Source of the DNA: Guillardia theta CCMP2712
Taxonomy: Eukaryota > Protista > Cryptophyta
Direction of reading: 5' to 3'
Assembly (NCBI RefSeq): GCF_000315625.1
Contig: NW_005434656.1
Span: forward strand, 293,741 to 357,740
DNA length: 64,000 nt
The notes beneath the pieces are model-generated. The model saw nothing but the letters and a program-made list of their open reading frames with translations. It was not told where the DNA came from and made no database searches. Position numbers and translations under genes: made by a program. Below, piece by piece: positions 61,140-64,000 of the stretch. Within the stretch, counting starts at the first letter, position 1; each line of letters starts with the position of its first letter.

Positions 61140-61861
61140 CGGAGATCAGAAACGTTTGTGTTGGAGTCTTCGACGAACTCTTGAGCTTGTCAGCTCTTCA
61201 CTTTGAGCACAACATGATCCAAAGTCTTCCAGCTGGAGTGTTCGACGGGCTTTTGAGCCTGACAGTTTTGTCACTTGACACGACAGCATTTGCTTCTAAC
61301 TGGCAAGACGACGAGTCTTTCAGGGGCCCTCACTGCATCAAGTTACTCTTTGTAATAATTCCAACCAAAGGTGATTCCCGTTCGAGCAGCCATATGTCCC
61401 GGAACATGACCAGATTGACCTTGTTGTCACTTGAAAGTTTGACGAAGCTTTCTTTCAAGACAACATCTCGACAGTCTTTCGGACCCAGGGATTCTAGAAT
61501 GTGCTATGGAGACGCCTTGCCTTTACCAGCAACATCGTCTGAAAACTCGACCGAGACTACCGCAGCGGCCCCTGCAGACTTGTGCGCCTTGAACGCAACT
61601 TGGGAGTTCTTGTCAACAACGAGCTTTCGTCAGCTTATCCAGGAGGAGAGACCTCTTCCATCACAGGTAGGCACCTCTCTTCCCCCTCCCGCAGGGGATG
61701 CGTCTCTTGTCAGGAGCTGCGAATTCGGGCATCCATGTGCGACGATACAACAAGTCTACGAACTAACTTCAGGATGGAGGAAGAGGCTGACATTCATATG
61801 GCAGAGGAGGAACGAGTTACTAGTCGACGCATATTGCTTCATCTACAATAAGATCCAGTGA
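61140..61861 (+). pseudogene. Leucine-rich repeat gene fragment
   Basis: VGVFDELLSLSALHFEHNMIQSLPAGVFDGLLSLTVLSL is a typical LRR unit, but only ~2 repeats are present and there is no clear start. Confidence 0.45.
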
Positions 61862-62249
61862 GAGCCACTTTCTGCTCTTGGAACACACCATTGGAATAGC
61901 GTCAGAACTGAGACGATTATGATCCAGAACGAGTCAAAGTCTTATTGCTACCTGTGCATTGCGTGCATTTTTAATGAGAGAGAAAACGGGACTGCAAAAC
62001 AAGCAAGAATCGAGCAAGAGGGTTTGACGATTCTCGTAGATCACCCTTGTCAACGCTGTACATGATGAGACCCCGTGAACGCCCTCTCCTCACGGACAAA
62101 GTCATCGCAGCTACTCGCCAGTGCGACGTCTGTTCCTATACGTGTTTCATATCTTTACAACCTCTGTTATTCTATGTGTTTCATATCTTTACAATCTCCC
62201 TAGTTTGCCTGTGACGTCTGTCGGCCGTTACTCATACCGCATCCACTTG

Positions 62250-64000
62250 GTCTCTCACGCAGCCGCTGTCTCTCTCGTCGCGCTCCTCTCAGTCGACCTC
62301 CTCCCTCGTCCCTTCAGCCGTCGCTCGTCACGTCCAGCTTGCTCCTCCCCGTCCTCTGCCTCGCGGCTGATCGCTCGGCGATCAGCGATGGGAGGGGGTC
62401 GAGCCGGCGCTTCTGCGTCTGCTCATGGCAGCGAGCGGTCAGGGTCTCCTCGCGCGCGCAGCCTGTCGACCTCTTGGGGCAGCGGCTGCATCGGCATCGG
62501 TACCGAGGCTCTCTCGAAGACGATCCGGTAGGCGGGATACGCGCTGGCGCTGTGCTGGAGGAGGCGTGAGGGGGTGGAGGGGCTGCCGGGAGGGGGGAGG
62601 GATGGGAGGTACCGGGATGACGAAGATGGAGGGGTCGTGGAGGGTATCGACCATGCTGTGAAAGTGCTGCCCGGGGCTGCCTGCTCGCGTGACACGTGAG
62701 AAAGAAGCCAAGACGGGTACAGGAGGTGCACAACCAGGAGGAGGAGGAGGCAGGGGCAGGGGTAGAGGAAGGGGCAGGGGTACAAGGCAGGAATACGGGC
62801 AGGGGCCGGGCGCAAGGCTGCCGTACCGGTCGGGTCGACCGGGGGCACAGCACACCAGGAGTGTCCTTGCGCGTATCGTCCCAGCACAACCTGCCACCAG
62901 CCGCATCGCTCAGCCCCCCGTCCGCGAGACGTCAGAGGGCTTGACGCACGCGCGCTAGCAGCATGGAGCAGGGCTGATTGGCTCTCGTGTAGCCGCAGTA
63001 GGACAGCGAGTACCTGCGATGGCACGAGCCTCTCACTCCCTCGGTGTTCGCGTCTCGGACTCGGTCGCCTCCTCTTGCTCACCTCGCGTCTCTCGCAAAG
63101 TAGGAGCCTGCCCCGTACACCCTCCCGTTGCTTGAGCCTGCTCGCGGGGCGTGAGAGGACGCATGGCTGCTCGCTGCCGGTGTGCCTGAGAGGGTGACCA
63201 TGAAGCCCTCGCTCATGATGGCGGACTCAGCGTCCTTGTTCTCCCTGCAGCCCCTCGGGCGTCACGCAGCTCGTCTTGTCGGCCCCTCCTCGCCCTCACC
63301 TGGTCCCGTCTCGAGGCTGTACCCCGTGAAAGCCCCAGCGCTCCATGGAGGCGGCACTCCACGCCAGCCCTCGTCTCTCCACGTCGCTGCGCATGCGATC
63401 TCTCTGATGCGCCTGGTCAGTGCCGTCGCCGACAGCTCGCGGGCCCACCTGCGCTTGGTAGAGGCGGCGGAGACCGGAGTTGCGCACGCGGCTGATGCTG
63501 GCGATCCTGAATCTGCGACACGTCGTCGCTGTCAGTCGCTGGTCCGCCCTCGGCGGGCCCTGAGGCCGGGCGTACAGGTACTGGGAGACAGTGGCGTGGA
63601 AGAGGTCGGACACCATCTGGTATTCCTCGCTCTCCCCCGCGAGCTCCTCCGTCAGCTGCTCCTCGTCGCTGAGCTGCGTCAGCCGCGCTGCGGAGAGACG
63701 AGACGGGAGCCTACCTGTCCGACTTCCACAGCCTTCGCGGGTCCCCACAAGCACCCAAGCCCAGCAGAGTCACTCGCGTGCCTTACAGGCCTCTCGCGCT
63801 CTCGCGGCGTCTCTTCCTCCTCGCTCACCAGGGATGTCCGGTCACCGGCGTCTCGCCATCGTACTCAACCTCGTGAGCCCGGCCGTCGAAGGTCTGCAGG
63901 GTGCCGGAGAGAGGCATGTCCTTGGCAAAGCTGCCTTGGAAGATACGGCAGACGTGCTCGCTCTCGTCCAGACACTCGTACACTCCCTGCCAACGTCCCC
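62250..64000 (-). CDS. PARP catalytic-domain (mono-ADP-ribosyltransferase-like) protein, multi-exon, 5'-truncated by the window edge
   Basis: SEEYQMVSDLFHATV, IASISRVRNSGLRRLY, ERWGFHG, AIMSEGF, VYGAGSYFARDA, VVLGRY, i.e. the FHG...YGxGxYFA signature. Confidence 0.75.

Overview
Eukaryotic nuclear DNA with many short (~45-60 nt) GT-AG introns and GC-rich intergenic islands; the style resembles cryptophyte algae (Guillardia/Hanusia-like), which is an inference. Host genes: a GCC2/GCC3 Cys-rich protein, a JmjN/JmjC protein lacking its metal ligands plus a Cys-rich finger, a sulfotransferase-like protein, organellar-type AsnRS, mitochondrial EF-Tu, an ShKT protein, a KIX/Med15-like protein, a PARP-domain protein and several unknowns. 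Two regions stand out. (1) An ~11.2 kb compact, AT-richer, nearly intronless block (10954-22179) interrupts the fourth copy of a 108-bp tandem repeat and is bounded by a 12-bp direct repeat. It encodes a ~1120-aa P-element-like DDE transposase, proteins whose Cys motifs resemble the herpesvirus late-transcription factors UL92 and UL49, and a capping-enzyme-fold protein. It is a candidate transposase-mobilised herpes/mirusvirus-like element. (2) An inverted pair of receptor-like surface-protein genes; one copy carries ~68 tandem 161-bp cassettes, each a 102-nt phase-0 exon plus a 59-nt intron (~11 kb). All family assignments come from motif recognition by eye, not database searches.
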